This document shows, in pieces, positions 54,945-63,964 of a DNA stretch of 64,000 nucleotides. Positions within the stretch are counted from its first letter, which is position 1. Each line of letters starts with the position of its first letter. Location of the stretch: the IMG/VR virus record IMGVR_UViG_3300020050_014713, positions 19,713 to 83,712 of that record; one strand, given 5' to 3'. This DNA is from a virus (taxonomy: Duplodnaviria; Caudoviricetes). The notes beneath the pieces were generated by a model. The model searched no databases and was not told the origin of the DNA. It was given only the letters and a program-made list of their open reading frames with translations. A program made the translations under genes and the position numbers.

Positions 54945-55284
54945 CATGTGGTGTAATTATATTAAGGAACGTCTAGGACATGAATCTGTCTACAATGAAA
55001 GTGGTTTTCTTACTTATACTTCTTCACCTAATTCAGTTCTTATTCTAGATGCTTATGTCGTTCCGGAAAAAAGAAATAGCGGTGTTATGCAGGAACTATT
55101 TAACGACGTATTTGTAAAAGCTGTAGAATCTAATAAAGATAATTTGTACGCATCAGTAGCACCAAACGAACAGCTTAAAAATACAAATACTGCAGCCCTA
55201 AAGTTTTTATTAAAAAATGGGTTTCAGTTACTAAAAGCTGATAATAAAAATGTATTTTTTGTCAAAAATTTGAAGGATAAATAA
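54937..55284 (+). CDS. GNAT-fold acetyltransferase
   Basis: Motif A YVVPEKRNSG; FLLKNGF. Confidence 0.8.
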   Translation: MNNMWCNYIKERLGHESVYNESGFLTYTSSPNSVLILDAYVVPEKRNSGVMQELFNDVFVKAVESNKDNLYASVAPNEQLKNTNTAALKFLLKNGFQLLKADNKNVFFVKNLKDK

Positions 55285-56592
55285 ATGGGTATTATTAAGG
55301 ATACATTAGGTTCAGTAGGTATTGGTAAGACCAGTTGGCAAGAAACGGCTGAAAAGGGTGGGGCGCAGTTTGACCGAGCTTTAGCTGAGTTACAAAAGCT
55401 TGGCATTCCTACTGTAGAAGCTCAGCGTATTATCCTAGAATCTCCAGAACTTGTTGGGGAATTGGTTCCAGAGCTTGAAGGTTTTGCTGAACAATTGGAC
55501 CCTTCTGCTATGGAAGGAGTGGCTGCTCCTGAAGAACTTAAAGCTGCTCAAATGGGAGCTTTGAATACTTTATTAGCCCAATCTGAAGCTGGTGGACTTA
55601 CTCCAGAAGATGAGGCTGAACTTAATGACATTATGCGAGAAGCTGCTGGAGTTGGTCAATCTAGAGATGCAGCTATTCTACAAAACATGGCTGAACGTGG
55701 AGTAGCTGGTAGCGGTATGGAACTTGCTACTAGGCTTAAAAGTAGCCAGGATGCTCAACAACAAGCTGCTAAACAAGCTGAAGCTAGAGCAGCAATGGCA
55801 TTTGCAAATAAACAAAGTGCTTTGGATAAAATTGCTAATCTTTCTGGTCAAATGCGTACTCAAGACGTTGGAGAGCAAACTCAAAAAGCTCAAGCCGCTG
55901 ATTTAATTAATCAATTTAATTTACAACAACGTGCTGGTCAAACTCAAAGAGACTTAGATAGAAAAAACCAAGCACAAGCTACTAATCTTGCAAATAAGCA
56001 ATCCATTGCAAATACTGCTACAAATACTCGAAATATGCAAGAGCAGTACAACAAAGAACTACTGCAACAACAGTATCAAAACCAGGTTCAAAAAGCTGGT
56101 GGTGCTGCCAGTGCTATGCAAGCCAAAGGAAATCTACTACAAAATCAAGCCCAATCTCAGCAAGCTGGATTTAATCAAATGGTTGGCGGCGGTATGCAAA
56201 TTGCCGGTGCTAAAATTCAGTTTGGTTGTTTTGGTCCTGGAGAAGCAATTGAAATGGCTGACGGCAGTTTAAAGGATATTGAAAAAATTAAAGTTGGCGA
56301 CGAAGTAGCTCTTGGTGGAAAAGTTTTGGGTACTAGCCAAAGTCAAGTAGATCCATCTGAAATTTACAACTACATGGGAATTGTAGTAACTAAAGACCAC
56401 ATGGTTGAAGAAGATGGCGTTTTCTTGCCAGTAGAAAAAGCAAAATACTCAGTTCCTTTTAAATCAAATATTTCAAAAGTTTACAACATTTCTACTGAGA
56501 ATCAGCGCATTGTAAGTAATGGTGTTGTGTTTGGCGACTCAGAAATGATTAAAGCCTACGAACTAAGTAAATCGTTCCACGAGGGTGAATAA
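55285..56592 (+). CDS. Putative internal virion/ejection protein with C-terminal Hint domain
   Basis: Ala/Gln-rich body, RGVAGSG motif; Hint begins at C315 (CFGPGEAIEMADG). Confidence 0.8.
   Translation: MGIIKDTLGSVGIGKTSWQETAEKGGAQFDRALAELQKLGIPTVEAQRIILESPELVGELVPELEGFAEQLDPSAMEGVAAPEELKAAQMGALNTLLAQSEAGGLTPEDEAELNDIMREAAGVGQSRDAAILQNMAERGVAGSGMELATRLKSSQDAQQQAAKQAEARAAMAFANKQSALDKIANLSGQMRTQDVGEQTQKAQAADLINQFNLQQRAGQTQRDLDRKNQAQATNLANKQSIANTATNTRNMQEQYNKELLQQQYQNQVQKAGGAASAMQAKGNLLQNQAQSQQAGFNQMVGGGMQIAGAKIQFGCFGPGEAIEMADGSLKDIEKIKVGDEVALGGKVLGTSQSQVDPSEIYNYMGIVVTKDHMVEEDGVFLPVEKAKYSVPFKSNISKVYNISTENQRIVSNGVVFGDSEMIKAYELSKSFHEGE
56227..56538 (+). other. Hint domain 2
   Basis: Block A CFGPGE-I-MADG...IKVGD, block B TKDH, block F VYNISTE, ends FGD. 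Confidence 0.88.
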
Positions 56593-58341
56593 ATGGATTT
56601 CCGGGACAAAAGCTTTATTGACCAATTGCTAGAAGCTGGGCAAAACGAAGAAGCTCTTAAACTTCTTAACGAAGAGGGTGAGCTTAAGCAAAAATTAGCT
56701 AAGGGTAAAAATCTTGATGCTCTAAAGCAACTTTCTCAGGATTTAAATTATAAAGACATTACGCAAGATGAACTATATAAAACTAAGCCCAATTTTAAAT
56801 TGGTAGGGGAACCTACAGAGACTGCCTTTTCTCAAGTAGCCGATGATTTTGGAAAGGGAAAAGATCTAGTTGTACGTCAGGCTGACGATATTGTTCCATC
56901 CTCTAAGCCAATTACTGATTTAGTTAAATCTTCATCCAATGCTGCTGGAATGGTTGATGATGCTATTTTAACTACGGGTAGAAAAGTTGCTCCTGGAATG
57001 GGCAAAAAAGCTCTAGGACTATTAGGTCGTTTCTTGGTTCCTGGTGTTGGTATGGCGGCTAATGCTGCTGCAGCTTTAGACCAGCCTCCTGCTAATGAAG
57101 AAGCCAATCAAGAACAAGCTTTAATTGAAAATCCTGGTTTGGTAGATAAAGCTGCTGGTGCTATGAAAGCTGCGGAAGAATCAAACAAAGAACTAGACAA
57201 AATGTTCTATGATTTTTCCGACTCTGATGAGCAACATAAGTTTATTGATGATGTGGAAAAAGATGCTAAAAAAAGAGATTTAGCATCCATTACTAAAAAA
57301 TCAGAATTTGTTAAAGAAAACATTGCTCTACTAAATGAAGAAATTGGCAAGCCTGGTCGTAATGAGCAGGAAATGCAAGAAGCTCTTGATGCTAGAGATA
57401 GTATGATTAAAACCACTATGTTATTAGAAGGCATTGCTAAGTTTATTGGCGGTGGTGCTCAGTATCATAGCGGTGTTAAGGGTGATCCTGTTAACTTAAA
57501 CCTACAAGCTATGAGAGATTTGGCTGGGGAAAAAGTTAAAGACATTGATAAGAAGCGTGCCGCAAGATTACGCGATAACCAAAGCCCAGAATCCAAAGAA
57601 ATGAGAGATGCTCTAAAGGCTGCCGGAATTACAGTACCAGATAATTTAAGCGGTGAAATGGCGCTGAAAATGTTCCCACAACTAGCTTCGCTTGAAGCAC
57701 GCAAAGAAGACAGAGCAGCCAGAAAAGAAATGGCAGATTTAAAACGCGAAGAAATTGCTGCAACAAGAGATAATAAAAAGTCAGAAAAATCACGAGAATT
57801 TGCAAACAAACTTTCTACTCAAATTCAAAGTCGTAAAAGTTACGATAAAATGCAAACTATTGATAGTGCTTATAGGCAAGTTCTTAGTGGAATGGGTAAA
57901 AAAGATGGTATGGCTGATTTGCAAGCTATGTACACTTTTGCCAAATCAGTAGACCCTACTACTGGTGTTAAAGAAGGGGAACTAAACCTTATTAAAAGTG
58001 CTGGATCATACGGCGATCAAATGAAACTAGCACTTTCTAATTTACGCAACAAGCGACTATTAACAAACAAACAACGAACTGCGGTTAACGAAGCAATTAA
58101 AAACATGCATAAAAATGCATATCAACAGTTTGAAAATGATATTAAGCCGTTTATTAGCCAAGCTGAAAAAGCTGGTATCCCAAAAGAAGATTATTTACCA
58201 GGACTAGAATACTACAAAACTGCAGATACTCAACAACAGTCTTCTACTGATCCTAAAGTTGAAGAGTATGCTAAGCAACATGGCTTGGATTATGCCAAAG
58301 CTAAGTCTATTCTAGAAAAGAGGGGCTATGTCTCAAAATAA
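56593..58341 (+). CDS. DNA ejection / internal virion protein
   Basis: Helical, Lys/Ala-rich; FAKSVDPTTGVKEGE motif common in podoviral ejection proteins. Confidence 0.65.
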   Translation: MDFRDKSFIDQLLEAGQNEEALKLLNEEGELKQKLAKGKNLDALKQLSQDLNYKDITQDELYKTKPNFKLVGEPTETAFSQVADDFGKGKDLVVRQADDIVPSSKPITDLVKSSSNAAGMVDDAILTTGRKVAPGMGKKALGLLGRFLVPGVGMAANAAAALDQPPANEEANQEQALIENPGLVDKAAGAMKAAEESNKELDKMFYDFSDSDEQHKFIDDVEKDAKKRDLASITKKSEFVKENIALLNEEIGKPGRNEQEMQEALDARDSMIKTTMLLEGIAKFIGGGAQYHSGVKGDPVNLNLQAMRDLAGEKVKDIDKKRAARLRDNQSPESKEMRDALKAAGITVPDNLSGEMALKMFPQLASLEARKEDRAARKEMADLKREEIAATRDNKKSEKSREFANKLSTQIQSRKSYDKMQTIDSAYRQVLSGMGKKDGMADLQAMYTFAKSVDPTTGVKEGELNLIKSAGSYGDQMKLALSNLRNKRLLTNKQRTAVNEAIKNMHKNAYQQFENDIKPFISQAEKAGIPKEDYLPGLEYYKTADTQQQSSTDPKVEEYAKQHGLDYAKAKSILEKRGYVSK

Positions 58342-60181
58342 AAAAGATATGTTTGCTCCTCCTAGTAAGGAGGAACTTGAAATGTTTGCTGCTCCTTCTG
58401 AAGATGAGCTTGCAGAAAATTCTAATTCTGATGATTCTGGTCCCAACGAGCTTCAATCTCTCTTAAGGGGCGCTGCTCAGGATGTTACTTTTGGCACGGC
58501 TGATGAAATGGCAGGTGCTTTGGAATCTCCTATTGGTGCAGGTAAACAGATCCTAAACCTACTAGGTGCTGGTATTTCTCCAGAAGACCCATCTATCAGA
58601 GAGTATAAGGCTTCTAGAGATGAAAGTAGAGAGGCTTATAAAGCTGCCGAGGAAGCCAATCCAGCTTCTTATATGGCTGGAGAAGTATTAGGAGGAGTAT
58701 TGCCTGCTGTAGCCTCTGGTGGGGCTAGCGTGCTTGCTAAGGGCGGCTTAAAGGCTGCTGCTAAAGTTTTGGCTAATCAAGGTAAAAAGGAATTATTCTC
58801 AGAGGCTACTAAAGCTGCAGCTAAAGCTGGCGCTAAATATGGCGGACTAAATGCTCTTGGAACATCGGAAGAAGAAAATCTACCTGGATTAGCTAAAGAC
58901 ACTGCTCTAGGTGCTGCGGGCGGCGCTGCTGTTGGCGGAGCTTTAAATAAAGGGTCAGATTACCTAAGTAATAAAGGTGGCAAAGTATTCAATTGGCTTA
59001 AAGACCAGTTTGAAACTGTAGATACTGCCGCCACGGCATCAAGGCTTACAAAACAGGGCGAAGACCTAGTAGGTAAAGAGGCTAGATCTAAAATTGAGGG
59101 TGGATTTAAGACTAAAACACAAGAACTTATTGGTAAAATTAACAATACATATAAGCAAATTGACGATGAATTTAACACTGTCTTTAAAAATGCCAAAGCT
59201 GCAAATACTGGGCTAGATAATGCTAGTGTTAAAAAAAGTATACAGGATACACTATCCTCAGAGCGCTCAGTAGGTCCTGGTTTTGACGGCGATGCAAACA
59301 AGATGTTAGATGCTATCTACTCCAAAAACCAAGGCGAAGATTTTGCAAAAACAATTCAAGCCCTGAAAGACAAGCTATCTTCCTTACCTGAATTTTTATC
59401 AAGTGAAGAGTTACACCATCAAAAGCTAGTATTCCGCCAACTTGGCGATGCTTTGGAATCCAAAGGGGACGCCTACGGTTCTAAACTTGCCAAAGACATG
59501 TCTAAAAACTTTGACTCTCTAACCAAACAATCTTTAGGAAATGAGACTAGCCCTTTAAGACAGGGGTATGAGGCTGCAAATGCCCTAAAATCTAACCTAG
59601 AAAATATGCGTACTCGTTTGGGAGTAGATAGAAATGCTTCTAGGGAAGTTGCTGGTCAAAAGTTAGAAGATAAGATGGGAGCACTCATTTCGGATATCCA
59701 ATCTGGCAGTAAAGGTGGGTATAAGTCTAATCGAGTATTGAACGACACTTTTGACTACTTAAATCGTATTGATCCAAAATTTGCCGCTAGTTTCAAAGAA
59801 GATATCCAAAAACTTGGTGAAAAAGCTGACATTAATAAAGCCGCTACCAAAAGCGGTATGGGTATTCTATTTGGGTCATTAGAGGGTACCGCTGCTAGGG
59901 GTGCTGTACTTGGTACCAAAGGCGCTATGGTAGCTAAAAAGGGCTTAGATAAGGCTTATAAGGTAGTAGACCTTCCACAACAAAAGTTTCTACAAGCTGC
60001 TGGAATGGCTTCTCAAAAGTTTGGTAAAAAAGGTGAGGCACTAGCTAACCTACTAAACGAAGCCTCTGGAAGTGAAAAATCTAGGAAAGTTGCACTTATG
60101 TTCAGTGCTGCTCAAAATCCCAATTATCGAGAAATGCTACAAGATATTTTCCCCGAAATGTTTGGAAATGAAGAGGAATAG
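58328..60181 (+). CDS. DNA ejection / internal virion protein
   Basis: RGAAQDVTFG-ADE and NP-SYMAGEVLG motifs; Gly/Ala-rich amphipathic helices. Confidence 0.7.
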   Translation: MSQNKKDMFAPPSKEELEMFAAPSEDELAENSNSDDSGPNELQSLLRGAAQDVTFGTADEMAGALESPIGAGKQILNLLGAGISPEDPSIREYKASRDESREAYKAAEEANPASYMAGEVLGGVLPAVASGGASVLAKGGLKAAAKVLANQGKKELFSEATKAAAKAGAKYGGLNALGTSEEENLPGLAKDTALGAAGGAAVGGALNKGSDYLSNKGGKVFNWLKDQFETVDTAATASRLTKQGEDLVGKEARSKIEGGFKTKTQELIGKINNTYKQIDDEFNTVFKNAKAANTGLDNASVKKSIQDTLSSERSVGPGFDGDANKMLDAIYSKNQGEDFAKTIQALKDKLSSLPEFLSSEELHHQKLVFRQLGDALESKGDAYGSKLAKDMSKNFDSLTKQSLGNETSPLRQGYEAANALKSNLENMRTRLGVDRNASREVAGQKLEDKMGALISDIQSGSKGGYKSNRVLNDTFDYLNRIDPKFAASFKEDIQKLGEKADINKAATKSGMGILFGSLEGTAARGAVLGTKGAMVAKKGLDKAYKVVDLPQQKFLQAAGMASQKFGKKGEALANLLNEASGSEKSRKVALMFSAAQNPNYREMLQDIFPEMFGNEEE

Positions 60182-60183
60182 TT

Positions 60184-60516
60184 ATGTCTGACGCAAGATT
60201 TAATCGAATTGAAGATAAAGTAGATAAAATTGACGATAAGGTTGAAAAGATAAATCTTGAGTTAGTAGATATGAAACATGAGTTTAGATCCCAGAATGAT
60301 CTTATTAGAGTTCATATCCTAGGTGATAATAAAATTATCGATGTGCTAGAACCTCTTATTCCTCAGCTACGTGAAATGACTGAAGATTACGGATTCCAAA
60401 AACAGCAATCTAAGCTAAGAATGAAAGCTTTTAAAAAATACAGCATCTATTTTGGAGCAGCTTCTGCGTTTGCTTCTTTAATCGGCGGTGTTGTAAAAAT
60501 CTTTGATTTGTTGTAA
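60184..60516 (+). CDS. Coiled-coil protein with C-terminal TM (XhlA/holin-like)
   Basis: RIEDKVDKID heptads; hydrophobic C-terminus. Confidence 0.55.
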   Translation: MSDARFNRIEDKVDKIDDKVEKINLELVDMKHEFRSQNDLIRVHILGDNKIIDVLEPLIPQLREMTEDYGFQKQQSKLRMKAFKKYSIYFGAASAFASLIGGVVKIFDLL

Positions 60517-60897
60517 TAGGTCGCGTACTTGGTCTTTAGATACTAGCTGCATTCTTTTTTCTACAATGGCTAGGATTTCTTCTAAAGTAAATGTCTCGTT
60601 CTCGGAAACCCTATTTAAAAGCTCTTCTGGTAGTAATACCTTGCTTGCCTGAGCTATATTAAACTGACAAATTCTCCGATAGCTATCTTCTCTCCAAATA
60701 GCCCGGTGGTTATCCTCACCCTGTATTAAATTTTTACTGTCATCTTCGCTAAAAACTCCACCATAGTATTCATCAGTAAACTTACTAAGAAATGCTCTAT
60801 CTTTTTTTGATAATTTGTTTACATAGTCGTAATCAATAAATGATTGTCTAGGTTTTGTCTGATGATTAGGATTGAGTGGATTTCTCTTCTTTGCCAT
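60478..60897 (-). CDS. Hypothetical phage protein
   Basis: IDYDYVNKL...FLSKFTDEYY. Confidence 0.7.
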   Translation of the reverse strand: MAKKRNPLNPNHQTKPRQSFIDYDYVNKLSKKDRAFLSKFTDEYYGGVFSEDDSKNLIQGEDNHRAIWREDSYRRICQFNIAQASKVLLPEELLNRVSENETFTLEEILAIVEKRMQLVSKDQVRDLLQQIKDFYNTAD

Positions 60898-61258
60898 TTT
60901 CTGTATTCTTTAATATCCACTTTAAAATAGTTTTATTCCTATCTTGTCTAGATGGATGAAGTTTATTGTTATCTACAAAATATTTAGTTCCAGTTCTAGC
61001 ACTTTTTTTAATACGCAACTTTAGAATTCTATTAAGACTTCTAGGTTTAAATGCACCATCGTGCCAAGATTCAAACCAAGTTTCTAAATAGAACTTCCAT
61101 ATAGGGTCTGTACCTGGAGATACTTTGTGTTTTTTCATAAACTCAAAATACTTAGATACGTCTTCTTTTTGTTTAACAGCAGGCTTTTTCTTATTAGCCA
61201 GCTTTTCTTCGTGTGTTTTTTTTGCAATTTCTAATAATTGCGCTAAATTATATTTCAT
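60866..61258 (-). CDS. Basic hypothetical protein
   Basis: Packed ORF. Confidence 0.65.
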   Translation of the reverse strand: MKYNLAQLLEIAKKTHEEKLANKKKPAVKQKEDVSKYFEFMKKHKVSPGTDPIWKFYLETWFESWHDGAFKPRSLNRILKLRIKKSARTGTKYFVDNNKLHPSRQDRNKTILKWILKNTENGKEEKSTQS

Positions 61259-61608
61259 TTTATAGTTCTAATTGTAGCGTAACTAATTGCACCAGTCAAT
61301 ACCGCCCCACCAATAAAATATAAAATATTTACAAGGTTATTAGACTTATAGTGTTCTTCACGTAGCTTATGATAGGAGTCATCTTGTACTTTGATTTGCT
61401 CATCTTTTTTGGCAATAATTTGGCTATCAATAACGCGCAAATCTTCTAATTTAATGATAGTTTGCTTTTGCTTCTCGTTTCTTTCATAGTGTTTTTGCTC
61501 TTCTTCTTTAGTAAGAAAGAACCCATCATTGGGAGCACCTTCTCCTTTTTTAATGGGAGTCATGGCAACGGCATTAAAACTAATTAAAAATGCTAGTAAT
61601 AGTTTCAT
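61255..61608 (-). CDS. Signal-peptide protein with coiled coil and C-terminal TM
   Basis: GGAGG RBS before MKLLLAF; AVA cleavage-like site; C-terminal hydrophobic helix. Confidence 0.7.
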   Translation of the reverse strand: MKLLLAFLISFNAVAMTPIKKGEGAPNDGFFLTKEEEQKHYERNEKQKQTIIKLEDLRVIDSQIIAKKDEQIKVQDDSYHKLREEHYKSNNLVNILYFIGGAVLTGAISYATIRTIK

Positions 61609-62018
61609 TGTACCTCCATAAATAAACCGCTCCACTCTTCATAGGTCAAATCAAAAGCTTTCATACAAACAGCCCTAGCACATAGCAGTTCTTCACTAAT
61701 AGCCCAAGCCGCTCCGTTTTTTTCAGTATCTTTTTTCTTAAATGCTAAGATTGTTTCAATTAGATGTTTTAAAAGTTCTTTTTTAGTAGCTTCCGTTTCT
61801 AATTTTCCCAATTCTCTAACATAATAACTATAGGAAACTACATAAATTCTAGGTCCAGATGCAAGTTTATACTCATATTCAGTAAATCCTGGAAAATAAC
61901 CAATAATTTCCTGAGCATTACGATTTTCAAAAGATGCTACAGATTCTACATAGCCAAAATACTTCTTATCATTGATAGTATATGTTATAATTTTATTTAA
62001 AAAATCACAATTACTCAT
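61605..62018 (-). CDS. Hypothetical protein
   Basis: Packed ORF. Confidence 0.65.
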   Translation of the reverse strand: MSNCDFLNKIITYTINDKKYFGYVESVASFENRNAQEIIGYFPGFTEYEYKLASGPRIYVVSYSYYVRELGKLETEATKKELLKHLIETILAFKKKDTEKNGAAWAISEELLCARAVCMKAFDLTYEEWSGLFMEVQ

Positions 62019-62260
62019 TTTTCTTCATCCCAGTACTTTTTAACATCTTCAGAACTTCTATTTTTATCAAAAACTACATCTCGCTTTTCTACTTCTCGTT
62101 TTGCTGATTGTAATACGTTAATATCTTCTTCTAGCGCGCCAAGTTTTTCTTTCCGCTCATCTTCCATTTTGTCAAACTTAGACCTTTTAAATACTAAAAT
62201 ACTTGCTAACCCAACAACTAATCCTACTAACAACTGCCAATATTTCTTTAAAAAACTCAC
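62015..62260 (-). CDS. N-terminal TM plus coiled-coil protein (i-spanin-like architecture)
   Basis: Hydrophobic N-terminal helix, charged helical remainder. Confidence 0.55.
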   Translation of the reverse strand: MSFLKKYWQLLVGLVVGLASILVFKRSKFDKMEDERKEKLGALEEDINVLQSAKREVEKRDVVFDKNRSSEDVKKYWDEEK

Positions 62261-62413
62261 TGCATATCTTCCTTGTTAGTACTCATTCCTTCTGCAAAAT
62301 CATCGATGAATTCTTCATCTCCAATTATCACTCCTCGAACTTCTCCAACTTCGTCATATAGCACAACGCAATCTAGTCCCATTTCAGCAGCAACTTCAGT
62401 AAATCTTTCAAAA

Positions 62414-63163
62414 TTATAAACTTTTTTCATAACGATTTAAAAACCCTTGAATTTCCATATTTGAAACCGCAATGCCAAACAATCCGCTCATTGTCTGAGA
62501 AATAATCCCGTGTACATAGCCAAAACCATCGTAAACAGGACTTCCGCTATTTCCAGGAACTGTAATCATATTGTACATATTCATAATAGCAATATCTAGG
62601 CACAACGATTTAAGTCCAGTAATAAGCATTAGCATTCTAAATGCTTGATTTTCAACGTTCTTAAATTCTGTAGCTTTGTGGGGGCATTGGTCTGGTGGAA
62701 ATGGTGCAGCAGTTTCCATGATTTGAGTTTGCACAAATCTACCAGTAGAAATTACTTGTTCAAATCCAAAAGGATGACCTAAGCTTTTAAAGTTTTTAGC
62801 ATATACCTTACTAAATGGGTAAAAAACTAGAGGTATCATATTTTCTACTGGTGTTAATAGACAAAGGTCTGTTTTTTCCTCTTTATAAAGTACTGTTAGG
62901 TTAGAAAAAGTCCCCAGTCTTTCAGCTTGCAATTCTGTAAGTCCCTCACACACGTGGTTATTGGTTAGAACATACTTATAACCTTTATGGTTAATTGCAA
63001 ATCCAGTGGCAACACTTCCTCCGCCTTTCAAGCGGACAACGCTTCTAGCCACCATAATATCTACTAATTCTGTATCGTTTTCTCGATATACGTAGGCAGT
63101 TGTTGCTAAAGCAGCAAATAAAGCCAGCATCCCCAAGGCACACATTTTGACAACTTGTTTCAT
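62414..63163 (-). CDS. Trypsin-like serine protease with N-terminal signal/anchor
   Basis: Catalytic triad TNNHVC / DLCLL / PGNSGSP. Confidence 0.9.
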   Translation of the reverse strand: MKQVVKMCALGMLALFAALATTAYVYRENDTELVDIMVARSVVRLKGGGSVATGFAINHKGYKYVLTNNHVCEGLTELQAERLGTFSNLTVLYKEEKTDLCLLTPVENMIPLVFYPFSKVYAKNFKSLGHPFGFEQVISTGRFVQTQIMETAAPFPPDQCPHKATEFKNVENQAFRMLMLITGLKSLCLDIAIMNMYNMITVPGNSGSPVYDGFGYVHGIISQTMSGLFGIAVSNMEIQGFLNRYEKSL

Positions 63164-63615
63164 TTCTTTTCCTTTAACTTACTCAGTTCTTTTTCTAGAT
63201 TTATCTTTATTAAAGCGGGGATATCTTCTTTTGAAATTAACCCTTTTTTAAACTCTCTACGAACTTGGTTTTCAATATTTGTCTTAGCTTTATGAGCTTT
63301 TTTAGAAATTACCTGTAGATTATCTTCACTACAGTACATATTTTCTATGACGACTTTCCAATCCCAATAATCCTCTGCCCAATCTAATGGTACTACTGGA
63401 TTTATGTGATCTACAACTTTTTCTTTAGAGGCACATATTGCCCCGGTAAGTTCACATTCCCAAAAAACTTGATATTTTTTAGATACACTACCATCTTTGT
63501 TTTTTGGATATACCTTAATCTTTGTACGTTCTAGGGCTACATACTTTGCTTTCCACTTATACGTACCGCGTCTAAGTATTTGAACAATGAAATTTTTAAA
63601 ATGTGTCTCATTCAT
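63160..63615 (-). CDS. HNH-type endonuclease
   Basis: VDHINPV...NLQVISKKAH. Confidence 0.75.
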   Translation of the reverse strand: MNETHFKNFIVQILRRGTYKWKAKYVALERTKIKVYPKNKDGSVSKKYQVFWECELTGAICASKEKVVDHINPVVPLDWAEDYWDWKVVIENMYCSEDNLQVISKKAHKAKTNIENQVRREFKKGLISKEDIPALIKINLEKELSKLKEKK

Positions 63616-63964
63616 CTTTTTCTATAGTCTTTCTATTACACTTTTTGCAAAAACTAATGGTTCCAAACGGAACTTTTAGCTTAATTCGGTCTTTGCAATA
63701 GCATGCGTTTTCTGGCTTTTCTTCTTTCAGTTGTTTTAATGACTTATCTTTTTTTGCGGCATCAATACAGGCTTCTACTGAAAATTCATCGGTGGATTCT
63801 TTTAAGAAATCTTCAGTTTTTTTAAATGCTCTTTCGTAGGTTTTTAGTTCACTTTTAAGTCTTTTAATTTCCTTTTCTAGTTCTTTAATCTTTTGTTTGT
63901 GCTTTTTTTCACGTTCTTTTGAACCGTCTTCATTATGATAGAAGGTTCTACGATTGTTGCTCAT
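63608..63964 (-). CDS. Coiled-coil protein with C-terminal zinc ribbon
   Basis: Heptads; CYC...FCKKC. Confidence 0.65.
   Translation of the reverse strand: MSNNRRTFYHNEDGSKEREKKHKQKIKELEKEIKRLKSELKTYERAFKKTEDFLKESTDEFSVEACIDAAKKDKSLKQLKEEKPENACYCKDRIKLKVPFGTISFCKKCNRKTIEKDE

Noticed and set aside
54100-56538. Classical splicing inteins or homing endonuclease elements
   Set aside because: No terminal His-Asn followed by Cys/Ser/Thr, no endonuclease insert, and only short C-terminal tails.
327-59301. Numerous antisense or alternate-frame ORFs in the track (for example 327-593, 7591-7893, 31604-31825, 41967-42365, 49574-50002, 57465-57809, 58960-59301)
   Set aside because: They overlap well-supported genes on the other strand or frame, lack an RBS, and show the Ser/Leu/Phe-rich shadow composition expected of spurious ORFs.
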